Source of the DNA: an uncultured Erysipelotrichaceae bacterium
Lineage (GTDB): Bacteria > Bacillota_I > Bacilli_A > RF39 > UBA660
Reading direction: 5' to 3'
Assembly (NCBI GenBank): GCA_902795215.1
Contig: CADBKG010000004.1
Coordinates: 17,259-81,258, forward strand
Length of the DNA: 64,000 bases
Positions within the stretch are counted from its first letter, which is position 1; each line of letters starts with the position of its first letter. This document shows positions 21,031-30,356 of this stretch, piece by piece. Under the pieces are notes generated by a model. It was not told the origin of the DNA. It ran no database searches and saw only the letters and a program-made list of their open reading frames with translations. Both the position numbers and the translations under genes were made by a program.

Positions 21031-22552
21031 AAAAAAGAATAAAAAACCACTGCATCCTATAATGACTTACTTACTTCTTATATGTGTAGTTATTATAACA
21101 AGTGGTATACTTGGACTTTTAGATGTATCTACTAACTATAATGTTATAAATGCGATTAGAGGTAACATTGAAAGTACAACGGCAGCAGTTAAATCATTAT
21201 TTAATTTATCAGGATTAAAAACAATTTTCAGTACTACTGTTTCAAACTTTGCTTCATTTGCACCACTTAGTATGCTTATTATTACTCTAATTGGTATAGG
21301 TATAATGGATAAGTCAGGATTCCTACAATCATTCTTTACTTTAATTACAAAAAAAGCCGATAAATTTAGAGTAACATTTATACTTGCTTTGTTTTTGATT
21401 TTTGCTTCAATTGCAGGCAATATAATGTTTATAGTGCTTATTCCTATAACAGCATTATTCTTTAAATATAGTAAAAGAAATCCTAAAGCTGGTATAGTAA
21501 TGGCTTTTGCCGCATTAACGGTTGGAACAAGTATAAATATATTTATGAATTCTGTTGATTCATCACTTTTAAGCTATACAATACTAGCTGCAAATTCAAT
21601 AGATTCAACATATGAAATAAATGTATTTTGCGACATATTTATAATGATTGCTTTAACAATAATAATGGCATTGCTTATTGCATCTGTAACAGAAAAAATC
21701 ATTATTCCAAGAATGCCAAAATATGAAGAAGAAGTAGAAGAAGAGTTTTATTTAGATAAAAGAAAAAAGAGAGGATTACTATTTAGTTTAACAATTGGTT
21801 TTCTATACCTTTTAATATTTATATATAATATAATTCCTGGATTACCATTCTCTGGTAACCTACTTGATTATAGTCAAACATATTATATAGATAAATTATT
21901 TGGATATAATTCATTCTTTAATCAAGGATTTGTATTTGTTATTACATTTTTCTTCTTCTTACTTGGATACTTTTATGGCCTTGGTGCAAGAACAATCAAA
22001 AACAACCAAGATGTGTCTAATTATCTTGGACATTCCCTTGATGGAATAGGAAAAACACTAGTATTAATATTCTTTGCTTCTGCATTTATTTCTATTTATA
22101 AAGAGTCAAACATTGGAAATGTAGTTGCAGCATCAGCAGCGAATTTAATTGGTTCTAGTGGATTTACGGGAATACCACTTATAATACTTTCATTTATAAT
22201 AGTAATGATTGTAACAATATTTGTACCATCTACTATTACAAGCTGGTCAATACTTAGTGGAGTAATGGTACCTACATTTATAAATGCAGGTATGACACCA
22301 GAATTCGCAGCATTGTTATTTAGATTATCTTCAAGTGTAACTTATGGATTAACACCAGTTATGGCATATTTCATAATATACTTAGCATTTTTAAATATGT
22401 ATAGCGAAGATGACAAACCTGAAAAGATTACAACATCTATAAAACATATGATTCCATATGCAGGATATGCTGCAGCAATATACATAGTGATATTAATATT
22501 ATTATATGTAATTGGAATTCCATTTGGTATAGGTGCAACAGCGACTATCTAA
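21014..22552 (+). CDS. AbgT-family-like multi-pass transporter
   Basis: 512 aa with at least 10 hydrophobic segments; overall resemblance to AbgT (aminobenzoyl-glutamate) transporters; the family call is tentative. Confidence 0.5.
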   Translation: MKIMARKKNKKPLHPIMTYLLLICVVIITSGILGLLDVSTNYNVINAIRGNIESTTAAVKSLFNLSGLKTIFSTTVSNFASFAPLSMLIITLIGIGIMDKSGFLQSFFTLITKKADKFRVTFILALFLIFASIAGNIMFIVLIPITALFFKYSKRNPKAGIVMAFAALTVGTSINIFMNSVDSSLLSYTILAANSIDSTYEINVFCDIFIMIALTIIMALLIASVTEKIIIPRMPKYEEEVEEEFYLDKRKKRGLLFSLTIGFLYLLIFIYNIIPGLPFSGNLLDYSQTYYIDKLFGYNSFFNQGFVFVITFFFFLLGYFYGLGARTIKNNQDVSNYLGHSLDGIGKTLVLIFFASAFISIYKESNIGNVVAASAANLIGSSGFTGIPLIILSFIIVMIVTIFVPSTITSWSILSGVMVPTFINAGMTPEFAALLFRLSSSVTYGLTPVMAYFIIYLAFLNMYSEDDKPEKITTSIKHMIPYAGYAAAIYIVILILLYVIGIPFGIGATATI

Positions 22553-22565
22553 AGTCGCTTTTTTA
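22540..22565 (+). terminator. Rho-independent terminator
   Basis: GCGACT-atctaa-AGTCGC hairpin followed by TTTTTT. Confidence 0.7.
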
Positions 22566-22621
22566 ATGTGTTTTTTTATAGTCACATGTGTTATAATACT
22601 TGATAGAAATGAGGGATTATT

Positions 22622-23722
22622 ATGTCATTAAAAGCAGGAATTGTAGGATTACCAAATGTGGGTAAAAGTACACTTTTTAATGCAATTACAAAAAAACATA
22701 TACTAGCAGCGAATTATCCATTCGCAACAATAGAACCAAATGTAGGAGTAGTGACTGTCCCTGATAAGAGAATAGACTTTTTAAATGAACTTTATCATCC
22801 AAAAAGCTTAGTATCAGCATCTTTTGAATTCACTGATATTGCAGGTCTTGTAAAAGGTGCATCAAAAGGAGAAGGACTTGGTAATAAATTCTTGTCTCAT
22901 ATAAGAGAAGTAGATGCTATTGTAAATGTAGTTAGATGTTTTGAAAGTGAAGGTATAACACACGTTGAAGGAAAAATAGATCCTGTTCGTGATATAGAAA
23001 TAATTAAAACAGAACTTATTCTTGCAGATTTAGAAATAATTGATAACAGAATTACTAAACTTGGTAAGAAAATGGATATGACTACAGATAAAAAAGAAAA
23101 ATTAGAAGCCGGTGCATTAAGACATGCAAAATCTTTACTAGAATCAGATACACCTCTAAGATTAGGTGATTTAAATGAAGATGAATTAGAAGCACTCAAA
23201 TCATATAATTTAATTACATTAAAACCAGTTATATACGTTGCAAATGTAAGTGATGATGATGCTATAAATGGAGATAACCAGTACTCTAAAGAAGTAAAAG
23301 AATATGCTGGAAAAGAACATTCTGGTGTTATTGTTATGAGTTGTGAAATGGAATCACAGTTATCAGATTATACTGATGAAGAAAAAGATGCCTTCTTAAA
23401 AGAAATAGGAATAAATGCAAGCGGACTAGATAAACTCATATTTGAAACATACAACTTACTAGGTCTTAGAACATACTTTACTGCAGGAGAAAAAGAAGTA
23501 AAAGCTTGGACTTTTAGAGATGGTATGACTGCCCCTAAATGCGCGGGTATTATTCATACTGATTTTGAAAAGGGTTTTATACGTGCAGAAGTTATGAGTT
23601 TTGATGACTTAGTAAAATATGGTACAGAACTTAAAGTTAAAGAAGCTGGTAAAATGAGACTCGAAGGTAAAGAATATCTTATGCAAGATGGAGATATCTG
23701 TTATTTCAGATTTAATGTTTAA
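22622..23722 (+). CDS. ychF: Ribosome-binding ATPase YchF
   Basis: GLPNVGKSTLFNA G1 motif, typical 366-aa length, TGS-like C-terminus. Confidence 0.95.
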   Translation: MSLKAGIVGLPNVGKSTLFNAITKKHILAANYPFATIEPNVGVVTVPDKRIDFLNELYHPKSLVSASFEFTDIAGLVKGASKGEGLGNKFLSHIREVDAIVNVVRCFESEGITHVEGKIDPVRDIEIIKTELILADLEIIDNRITKLGKKMDMTTDKKEKLEAGALRHAKSLLESDTPLRLGDLNEDELEALKSYNLITLKPVIYVANVSDDDAINGDNQYSKEVKEYAGKEHSGVIVMSCEMESQLSDYTDEEKDAFLKEIGINASGLDKLIFETYNLLGLRTYFTAGEKEVKAWTFRDGMTAPKCAGIIHTDFEKGFIRAEVMSFDDLVKYGTELKVKEAGKMRLEGKEYLMQDGDICYFRFNV

Positions 23723-23724
23723 TA

Positions 23725-24789
23725 ATGAAAGAAGAAGAAAAATTAACATTTGATGATTATGCAAGTAATGAGAAAATAGGAGAGTTTATTAGAAAACTAA
23801 GACTATCTCATAATATGTCTCAAAAAGAATTTGCTAAACTACTTAAAGTATCAAGAGAAACAATTACTAAAGCTGAGAATGGTGAAAGAGGTATCTCACT
23901 AGAAGTATATAAAAAGATTAATAAATTGTTTGGTATAACTTTTGAAGAAATAATAGGTGGTAAAGTAAAAGAAAAACCAAAAGAAAAGGATGCACTAAAT
24001 ATATTACTAAATAGAAACCTATTCAAAGTACTAGCTTTTCTATTTATATATTTCTTACTTATTTTATATGGAACAACAAGGAACACTAACAACTTATATA
24101 ATTTAGAATTTTATTCAAATAATATTTATATCGACAATGCAACTTTAACATTACTTAAAAATGGTGATTATAGAATAGATATTAAATCTTTTAATAATTC
24201 ATCTGTGGTTGAGGGAGAGACATTTGATATAATCATCAAAATGAAATATAAACGTAAAGACAAAACTATATTTAAATGCAAGTACGCAGATAATTACTGC
24301 AAGCCATATTATAAAAATTCAAATATTACTAAACCAGTTTTAAAGAAAAATATAAATAAACTTTATGTCGAAGTTAAACATGGTGAAGATATAGTAAAGG
24401 GGAAACTTAAAGTAAATCAATTTATAACATATCAAAATTTGATGAGAGTTGATTTGAACAATGATCTTGTGAAGTTTGATATGAACAGGAATACATTGTT
24501 GGACAAGTATAAAGACGTATTAACCGAAAAAGATACATTAATAATCAATTACGATCAATTATATAAAGATATTACATCTAACAAATATCCAAAGGAAGAA
24601 AATGATGGTAAGATTATTTATTATGATAATCAACGAGAAATTTTTATTATAGTTAATAGAAATATGATTTTTATATATAAAAAAGATAGATTTATTGCTG
24701 AAATACCAATTAACCAACAAACGGATAATATTGTCTTTAACAAAGATAGTTTTGATGATTTTAAAAAAATAAACATCATTATTAATTAA
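23725..24789 (+). CDS. Membrane-anchored XRE-family HTH regulator with an extracytoplasmic domain
   Basis: N-terminal HTH (LRLSHNMSQKEFAKLLKVSRETITKAENG), a TM segment (VLAFLFIYFLLILYG), then about 230 aa outside the membrane. Confidence 0.65.
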   Translation: MKEEEKLTFDDYASNEKIGEFIRKLRLSHNMSQKEFAKLLKVSRETITKAENGERGISLEVYKKINKLFGITFEEIIGGKVKEKPKEKDALNILLNRNLFKVLAFLFIYFLLILYGTTRNTNNLYNLEFYSNNIYIDNATLTLLKNGDYRIDIKSFNNSSVVEGETFDIIIKMKYKRKDKTIFKCKYADNYCKPYYKNSNITKPVLKKNINKLYVEVKHGEDIVKGKLKVNQFITYQNLMRVDLNNDLVKFDMNRNTLLDKYKDVLTEKDTLIINYDQLYKDITSNKYPKEENDGKIIYYDNQREIFIIVNRNMIFIYKKDRFIAEIPINQQTDNIVFNKDSFDDFKKINIIIN

Positions 24790-24809
24790 TATTTGGTACA
24801 GTCATTCTC

Positions 24810-24842
24810 TAGACTAGGAATTGCTCCTAGTCTATCTTTTTG
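24810..24842 (+). terminator. Rho-independent terminator
   Basis: TAGACTAGGA-attgc-TCCTAGTCTA hairpin plus a T-run. Confidence 0.75.
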
Positions 24843-24864
24843 CTCAGAAAGGAGTGAAAGGATT

Positions 24865-25734
24865 ATGATGAAAGGAATTGTTAAAGGTGGGTTGTTATTA
24901 TCAGCATTACTATCTGTATTTTTGTTTAGCAATGTTAAAGCAGAGAGTTATTATACCAACAAAAACGGTGTTGAAATGAGTGAAACAGAGTATAATACTA
25001 TTAAAACTTTATTTCAAGAAGATTACGTTTCCGTTATAACACAAGATGAATTTAATAAATACAAAAATGCTAATATAATTGATACAGTAGAATTATTCCA
25101 AAAAGAGATAATTGTAAATGGCGAAGTAATTTCTCAAGAAAATGTTACAGAAGAAGAATATAATGCTTATCTAGCAGAAAAAGATACAAATGATTCAAAA
25201 TCTGGTGGAAGCTCTTCTTATGAAACTAGTTATAAAAGACTTGTAGGTTCTATAATAGATAATGGAAATCATCATTATGCTTATGCCGGAAGCCTTGCAT
25301 GGAAAAAAGTTCCAAAAGTGAGATCTTATGATGTATTTGCTTTTAGATTACTAAACTTTACTTATTCAGGAGTTACTGGTTCTCAAGTATATTTCACATC
25401 TGGTGGACATTCTACAATTAGTTATAATTCAAGTTCTGCTGGATACAAAGGTTTATCTAACGGCGCAGGACTATCAATGAATCTAAAAGATGGAAGCAAT
25501 ATTACTGGTTATACAATGACAATGACTGCAAATCTAACTGGCACAAACCTATCATATGGTCATGGAACAGTTTATGTATCTTATCAACATGCAACTGCTA
25601 ATTTAACAAGAGCTGAATCTATGTCTTACTCAATAAGTGGAACAGGCATGGGTGGTGTTGTATTATTTAGTTCAGGATACTTAAATTCTTCTTATGATAA
25701 CATGAGCGGAATATCAGTAAATGCTGGATTCTAA
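24865..25734 (+). CDS. Secreted protein of unknown function
   Basis: RBS AAAGGAG then ATG at 24865; signal peptide MMKGIVKGGLLLSALLSVFLFSNVKA; Ser/Gly/Thr-rich mature part. Confidence 0.55.
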   Translation: MMKGIVKGGLLLSALLSVFLFSNVKAESYYTNKNGVEMSETEYNTIKTLFQEDYVSVITQDEFNKYKNANIIDTVELFQKEIIVNGEVISQENVTEEEYNAYLAEKDTNDSKSGGSSSYETSYKRLVGSIIDNGNHHYAYAGSLAWKKVPKVRSYDVFAFRLLNFTYSGVTGSQVYFTSGGHSTISYNSSSAGYKGLSNGAGLSMNLKDGSNITGYTMTMTANLTGTNLSYGHGTVYVSYQHATANLTRAESMSYSISGTGMGGVVLFSSGYLNSSYDNMSGISVNAGF

Positions 25735-25750
25735 TATCATAATATACCTA

Positions 25751-25780
25751 AAAAAAGGAAACTGTTGTTTCCTTTTTTTT
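25751..25780 (+). terminator. Rho-independent terminator
   Basis: AGGAAAC-tgtt-GTTTCCT hairpin flanked by A-run and T-run (bidirectional shape). Confidence 0.75.
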
Positions 25781-25824
25781 GTGCAATATGATAAAATAAT
25801 ATAGGTATATTATGGAGAAGCAGT

Positions 25825-26622
25825 ATGGAAGTACAAAGGCAGTATGCAAGCGCAAGAACTAGAAGAATAATTGCAAGAACAATAAAGCGCTTAAGAAAAA
25901 GAAAATCAGAAACACAACAAGATCTTGCTGATAGTATATTAGTATCTAGAGGTGCTATATCGAAATGGGAAACAGGAATAGCAGTACCTTCTATAGATAC
26001 CATTATAATAATGTGCAAACATTTTGATATTAGATTTGAAGAACTTATTAAAGGTAGATATTTACCAGAATATAAAATTGTATACTTATTAAATATAATT
26101 AAAGATTTGCCAATAGTTAGAGTAATAAGTTTCTTTCTTATATATTTTATAGTTTTATTTAGTAATATGGCTTTATCTAATAATTATTTATATAATTTAG
26201 ATTTTAATTCTAATTATATAGATATAAAACGTGGAATTCTAAGATTAGAAAGCAATAGAATAAATATAGATTTAAACGGAAAAGTAATTAGTGATTTTGA
26301 TGATACTTTGAAAATAGATTTTATAGTTAAAAGAAATAATAGAGAAGATATTATATATTCTGGTATTTATGATGATAATATATTTAATGTTAATTATTCT
26401 ATAGAGAAAATTTCTAAATACTATATTAGGAGAAATAAGAAAAATGTCTTTGTTAGAATTACAATCGAGGATGATGACTTTATAGAAGGTAAAGTACGCA
26501 TAAATAGAATAGACAATAAAAAGAAAAAGAAAAAGAAAACTGTTCATAACAGTAAAGTTTTAAACAGTTATGATGATAGTGTATTATTAAAAGATTATTA
26601 TAAAAAAATAGAGAAAAAGTGA
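25825..26622 (+). CDS. Membrane-anchored XRE-family HTH regulator (paralogue of 23725-24789)
   Basis: HTH (KRKSETQQDLADSILVSRGAISKWETG), a TM segment (ISFFLIYFIVLFSNMAL), and an external NNYLYNLDFNSNYIDI motif matching NNLYNLEFYSNNIYID in the paralogue. Confidence 0.65.
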   Translation: MEVQRQYASARTRRIIARTIKRLRKRKSETQQDLADSILVSRGAISKWETGIAVPSIDTIIIMCKHFDIRFEELIKGRYLPEYKIVYLLNIIKDLPIVRVISFFLIYFIVLFSNMALSNNYLYNLDFNSNYIDIKRGILRLESNRINIDLNGKVISDFDDTLKIDFIVKRNNREDIIYSGIYDDNIFNVNYSIEKISKYYIRRNKKNVFVRITIEDDDFIEGKVRINRIDNKKKKKKKTVHNSKVLNSYDDSVLLKDYYKKIEKK

Positions 26623-26659
26623 TGTGTTTTTGATATAATACAAAAAGGAGATGAGTTAT

Positions 26660-27919
26660 ATGAAAATACCTTTTAAAAGTGGGAATATTTTAATTCCAAA
26701 AAACGTTGATATGACAAAGTGGAGTGTTGTTGCATGTGACCAATATACTTCTGAACCAGATTATTGGAATAAGGTTAAAGAAATAGTTGGTGATAGTCCA
26801 TCTACACTTAATCTAACTTTGCCAGAAATATATTTAGAGGAAAGTGATGTTGAAGAAAGAATTGAAAACATCAATGAAAATATGAAAAAGTATATTGATG
26901 AAGATTTATTCACTGAATATTCTGATTCAATGATTTATCTTGAAAGAACTCAGGATGATGGTAAAGTAAGAGAAGGGCTTATTGGAATAGTTGATTTAGA
27001 AGATTATTCATATGAAAAAGGTTCTCAAACACTTATTAGAGCGACTGAAAAAACAGTTATTGAAAGAATTCCACCAAGAATGAAAGTAAGAGAAAATGCA
27101 TTACTAGAACTTCCTCATATTATGATACTTATAGATGATGATAAAAAAGAAATCATTGAAAACTTAAAAAATGAAGTTAGTGAAGAAGATAAAGTATATG
27201 ATTTTGATTTAATGCAAAAAGGTGGTCATATTAAAGGATATAAATTAAATGAAGATTCAATTAATGGAGTTGTATCTAAATTAGAAGCTCTTGCAGATAA
27301 GGATGCATTTGAAAAGAAATATGATGTTAGCGATAAAGGAGTACTTCTATTTGCTATGGGTGATGGAAACCATTCACTTGCAACTGCAAAGGCTTGCTAT
27401 GAAAAATTAAAAGAAAGCTTAAGCGAAGAAGAATACTTAAATAATCCAGCAAGATATGCACTTGTTGAGCTTGTTAATCTTCATAGTGAAGCACTTGAAT
27501 TTGAAGCAATACATAGAGTACTATTTGATGTAGATGTTGATGACTTAGTAGATAGTTTAAATAAATACTATACAATCAATGAAGATGGTAATGGTCAAAA
27601 ATTTGAGTTAATTACTAAAGATTATGATAAAACATTATATATAGAGAATCCTAAATCAAATATACCAGTTGGATCAATTCAAATATTCTTAGATGAATAT
27701 CTAGAAAATCATGATGGAAAAATAGATTATATTCATGGAGAAGATGTAACTAAAGAACTTGGTTCTAAAGAAGGTAATGTTGGAATTATATTTGATTCTA
27801 TGGAAAAAGGAGACTTATTTAAAACTGTTATTTTAGATGGAGCATTACCTAGAAAAACATTCTCTATGGGACATAGTCATGATAAGAGATTTTATTTAGA
27901 AGCAAGAAAAATAAAATAG
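26660..27919 (+). CDS. DUF1015-family protein
   Basis: MKIPFKSGNILIPKN N-terminus and MGDGNHSLATAK motif typical of DUF1015; ATG at 26660 after AAAAGGAG. Confidence 0.6.
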   Translation: MKIPFKSGNILIPKNVDMTKWSVVACDQYTSEPDYWNKVKEIVGDSPSTLNLTLPEIYLEESDVEERIENINENMKKYIDEDLFTEYSDSMIYLERTQDDGKVREGLIGIVDLEDYSYEKGSQTLIRATEKTVIERIPPRMKVRENALLELPHIMILIDDDKKEIIENLKNEVSEEDKVYDFDLMQKGGHIKGYKLNEDSINGVVSKLEALADKDAFEKKYDVSDKGVLLFAMGDGNHSLATAKACYEKLKESLSEEEYLNNPARYALVELVNLHSEALEFEAIHRVLFDVDVDDLVDSLNKYYTINEDGNGQKFELITKDYDKTLYIENPKSNIPVGSIQIFLDEYLENHDGKIDYIHGEDVTKELGSKEGNVGIIFDSMEKGDLFKTVILDGALPRKTFSMGHSHDKRFYLEARKIK

Positions 27920-27939
27920 AGTGAGAACTCTATTTTTTT
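27916..27939 (+). terminator. Rho-independent terminator
   Basis: ATAGAGT-gaga-ACTCTAT hairpin plus TTTTTT. Confidence 0.75.
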
Positions 27940-27949
27940 GTGATATAAT
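27939..27949 (+). promoter_or_regulatory. Extended -10 promoter driving the riboswitch leader
   Basis: TGTGATATAAT; the same 11-mer occurs at 29230-29240. Confidence 0.55.
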
Positions 27950-27964
27950 ATAAATACAATTTAT

Positions 27965-28068
27965 ACATTATCAAGAGCAAGTGAGAGAATTGGCTCAATG
28001 ACCTTGCACCAACCTATTAAGTTAGGTGGTAATACCAACAAAGTTTTAATACTTTGAGTGATAAATAC
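27965..28068 (+). promoter_or_regulatory. SAM-I (S-box) riboswitch aptamer
   Basis: P1 UUAUCAAGAG...GUGAUAAA; P2 with k-turn GCAAGUGAGAGAAUUGGCUCAAUGACCUUGC; CAACC...GGUGGUAAUACC (P3); CAAAGU-uuuaau-ACUUUG (P4). This follows the SAM-I consensus AUCAAGAG..GGAGGGA.UGGCCC.AUGA..GCAACC..GGUGCUAAUUCC. Confidence 0.85.
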
Positions 28069-28074
28069 GAATTC

Positions 28075-28108
28075 ACCTTATACTTTCGTATGAGGTTTTT
28101 CTTTTCTT
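28075..28108 (+). terminator. Riboswitch expression-platform terminator
   Basis: ACCTTATAC-tttc-GTATGAGGT hairpin followed by TTTTTCTTTTCTT. Confidence 0.75.
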
Positions 28109-28135
28109 GATAGTGTGTTAGAAAGGAGGAACCTC

Positions 28136-28858
28136 ATGAAAAATGATATGTTTATAATTCATATACCACATTCATCACTAGAAATGCCAAATATGTTTTT
28201 AGAAAAACTTATATTACCACTAGACTATATACAAAAAGAAAATATGTTTATATCAGATTATTTAATTGATAAGTTTATTCCTAATGATTTTAAAAACATA
28301 GTTAAATTTGGCTATTCTAGGCTATTTTGTGATGTTGAAAGGTATTTGGACGACGACATGGAAAAAATGGCTGAAATAGGCATGGGCACGCTTTATACAA
28401 AAGATTCAAATGGAAGTATATTTATTAAATATGATAATGAGTATAAAGAGAACGTTATTAAGACTTATTATAAAAGACATCATAATAAACTAAATAACAT
28501 AACTAAAAAGATACTTAATAAATATGGTAAATGTTACATAATAGATTTTCATAGTTTTTCAGATGAATTTGTATATAAAGTACTTAGTTTAAAAGATACT
28601 CCAGATATATGTATAGGCATTAATGAATCTGGTTATGATAAAAAGTTATTAGATTTAACTGTTAATTACTTTAAAAAGCAAGGATATACTGTAAAAATAA
28701 ACTATCCATATAGTGGAAGTCTTACACCAAATATTAAAGATAATAATATTTATTCTATGATGATAGAAATAAATAAAAGAATTTATTTAAATAACAATTA
28801 TAATAAATTCTATAATTGTATGATGAATTATTATGACAAAATAAAAAAACAAATATAG
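28136..28858 (+). CDS. N-formylglutamate amidohydrolase (FGase, PF05013-like) family protein
   Basis: IHIPHSS, YSRLFCDVERY, IIDFHSF, INYPYSGS and MMIEINK match the HutG-family metal-site pattern (PH.., SR..D.NR, D.HS, N.P..G, .E.). Confidence 0.65.
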   Translation: MKNDMFIIHIPHSSLEMPNMFLEKLILPLDYIQKENMFISDYLIDKFIPNDFKNIVKFGYSRLFCDVERYLDDDMEKMAEIGMGTLYTKDSNGSIFIKYDNEYKENVIKTYYKRHHNKLNNITKKILNKYGKCYIIDFHSFSDEFVYKVLSLKDTPDICIGINESGYDKKLLDLTVNYFKKQGYTVKINYPYSGSLTPNIKDNNIYSMMIEINKRIYLNNNYNKFYNCMMNYYDKIKKQI

Positions 28859-28874
28859 TTTATATTTGTTTTTT
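28843..28874. terminator. Bidirectional terminator between convergent genes
   Basis: ACAAATATA-gtt-TATATTTGT hairpin flanked by A-run and T-run. Confidence 0.65.
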
Positions 28875-29154
28875 AATTATATTTAACATCTACTATTTGA
28901 GGTGCACCAACTACAAGGCCAAGTTTAAGTTTAAATGATATATCTACTGTTTTTGTTGTATCAGTTATATTTACTTCTTGATCAACTACTGTTTCAGCTG
29001 TTTTTAAACTAACTTTATGAGTACCAATCCCTAATTCTTTAGTAACACTATCACCTGCACCTAACTTTCCTAATTCTTCATCATCAACAAGTATTTTAAC
29101 CTTAATAGCAAAACCAAACATCTTTTTTAGTCTTGAAACTGTTAAAACTGCCAT
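28873..29154 (-). CDS. Hypothetical small protein
   Basis: 93-aa ORF with RBS GAAGGGAGAAG upstream on the - strand. Confidence 0.45.
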   Translation of the reverse strand: MAVLTVSRLKKMFGFAIKVKILVDDEELGKLGAGDSVTKELGIGTHKVSLKTAETVVDQEVNITDTTKTVDISFKLKLGLVVGAPQIVDVKYN

Positions 29155-29257
29155 ATTTTCTTCTCCCTTCTTAAATAGTTATTTCTATATTTATTTTATC
29201 ACAAGTTAGTTTATTTTTAAAAGCATTTATGTGATATAATTAAAGAGGATAAAAAAT

Positions 29258-29371
29258 GCTCTCTTCCCCCTGGACCCAAAGTGGTGTCTTAGAATTCCTT
29301 ATTTTATAAGGATTTCTTTAATTTTAGGTACCATTTTAGATAACAGCTAGATAGTATATTCTGAAGAGAGC
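29258..29371 (+). repeat. 114-nt unit closed by a 9-bp stem, containing the CCTTATTTTATAAGG hairpin (left island boundary; possible structured RNA or att remnant)
   Basis: GCTCTCTTC (29258-29266) is complementary to GAAGAGAGC (29363-29371). Inner hairpin AGAATTCCTTA-ttta-TAAGGATTTCT. Promoter-like TGTGATATAAT at 29230-29240 points into the unit. Confidence 0.4.
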
Positions 29372-29485
29372 ATACAAATCGTTCACGCCAGTTCATCTCA
29401 GTACACATTTAAGGTAACACAAATACGGAAAATTTCAAAATCATTAATAATTTTTATGATATAATATTTATAGAGGTGGATACTG

Positions 29486-30271
29486 ATGAATAATAAACTG
29501 TTAAATGATTTTATTTCATATTTTGAAAACGATAAATATAAATTTGAAAGTTTTTGTAAAATATTTTTAACTTGGATCGGTTTTGATGATGTTATTGTTA
29601 CTCAAAAAAGTGGTGATAAAGGAATTGATTTGAGATGTACCAAAAAGGAAATTGATAGATTTGATACTACTGAAATCAAGTATATAATACAAGCTAAATG
29701 TTATAAACAAGGCAATAATGTTTCTGGACCTGAAATTAGAAATTTTAAAGGTACAAGAGAAACGATGGGAATAAGAAGACTATTTATTACAACGAGTGAT
29801 TTTACTAGCTCTGCTAAAGAAGAAGCTTCTGATCCTAATCAACCAGTTACTCTTATTAACGGAGAAAAAATTATTGAATATTGTAAGTCTTTAGGTGATC
29901 AAGTTTTTGATATTCAATTTTCTTGCAATAAATCTAAATTAGATGATTTATTTATAGAAAATAAAACTAAAGAAGTAACAGAATGTAAAATTGATGAAGT
30001 CATTAAAAAGATCACTAAAAATGATGTCAGGGCTAGAATCTTAAGAATTCCAAGTGAATATAAAAGTGAACTTAAAGGAAAGAAAAAATATAAATTAATT
30101 ATAAACGGTAATCCAGAGGAGTATTTTAATATTAGTTCAGATGAAACATATTTTGGAGGAGTTACAAAATACTATAAAACTTTTATACAGGATAAAGATT
30201 TTGTAGATGCACAATCATTATGGAAATTTGATAAACAAAATGAAGTAATTTATGTTGAAATAAAAATGTAA
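29486..30271 (+). CDS. Mrr-like (PD-(D/E)xK, Mrr_cat) restriction endonuclease-domain protein with an unknown C-terminal domain
   Basis: GDKGIDL ... IIQAKCY motif pattern of Mrr-type nucleases in the first ~130 aa. Confidence 0.6.
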   Translation: MNNKLLNDFISYFENDKYKFESFCKIFLTWIGFDDVIVTQKSGDKGIDLRCTKKEIDRFDTTEIKYIIQAKCYKQGNNVSGPEIRNFKGTRETMGIRRLFITTSDFTSSAKEEASDPNQPVTLINGEKIIEYCKSLGDQVFDIQFSCNKSKLDDLFIENKTKEVTECKIDEVIKKITKNDVRARILRIPSEYKSELKGKKKYKLIINGNPEEYFNISSDETYFGGVTKYYKTFIQDKDFVDAQSLWKFDKQNEVIYVEIKM

Positions 30272-30356
30272 TAATAAACATATTTATTATACATTGTGTA
30301 TGTAAATATGTTTTTTTATGTTATAATATTATTTAGAAATGGTAGGTGGTAATAAT

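Noticed and set aside
26515-26545. A-rich tract encoding a poly-Lys run (NKKKKKKKT) as a possible slippage or phase-variation site
   Set aside because: The tract is interrupted (AAAAAGAAAAAGAAAAAGAAAA) rather than a pure homopolymer. It lies near the C-terminus, where a shift would have little effect, and there is no evidence of alternative frames.
29248-29450. Whether the promoter-fed structured unit is a known housekeeping RNA (SRP/4.5S, 6S, tmRNA or RNase P)
   Set aside because: None of the hallmark sequences are present: no GGAAGCAG-type SRP domain IV, no GAGGAAAGUCC, no tmRNA-type tRNA-like ends. Its identity is left open rather than named.
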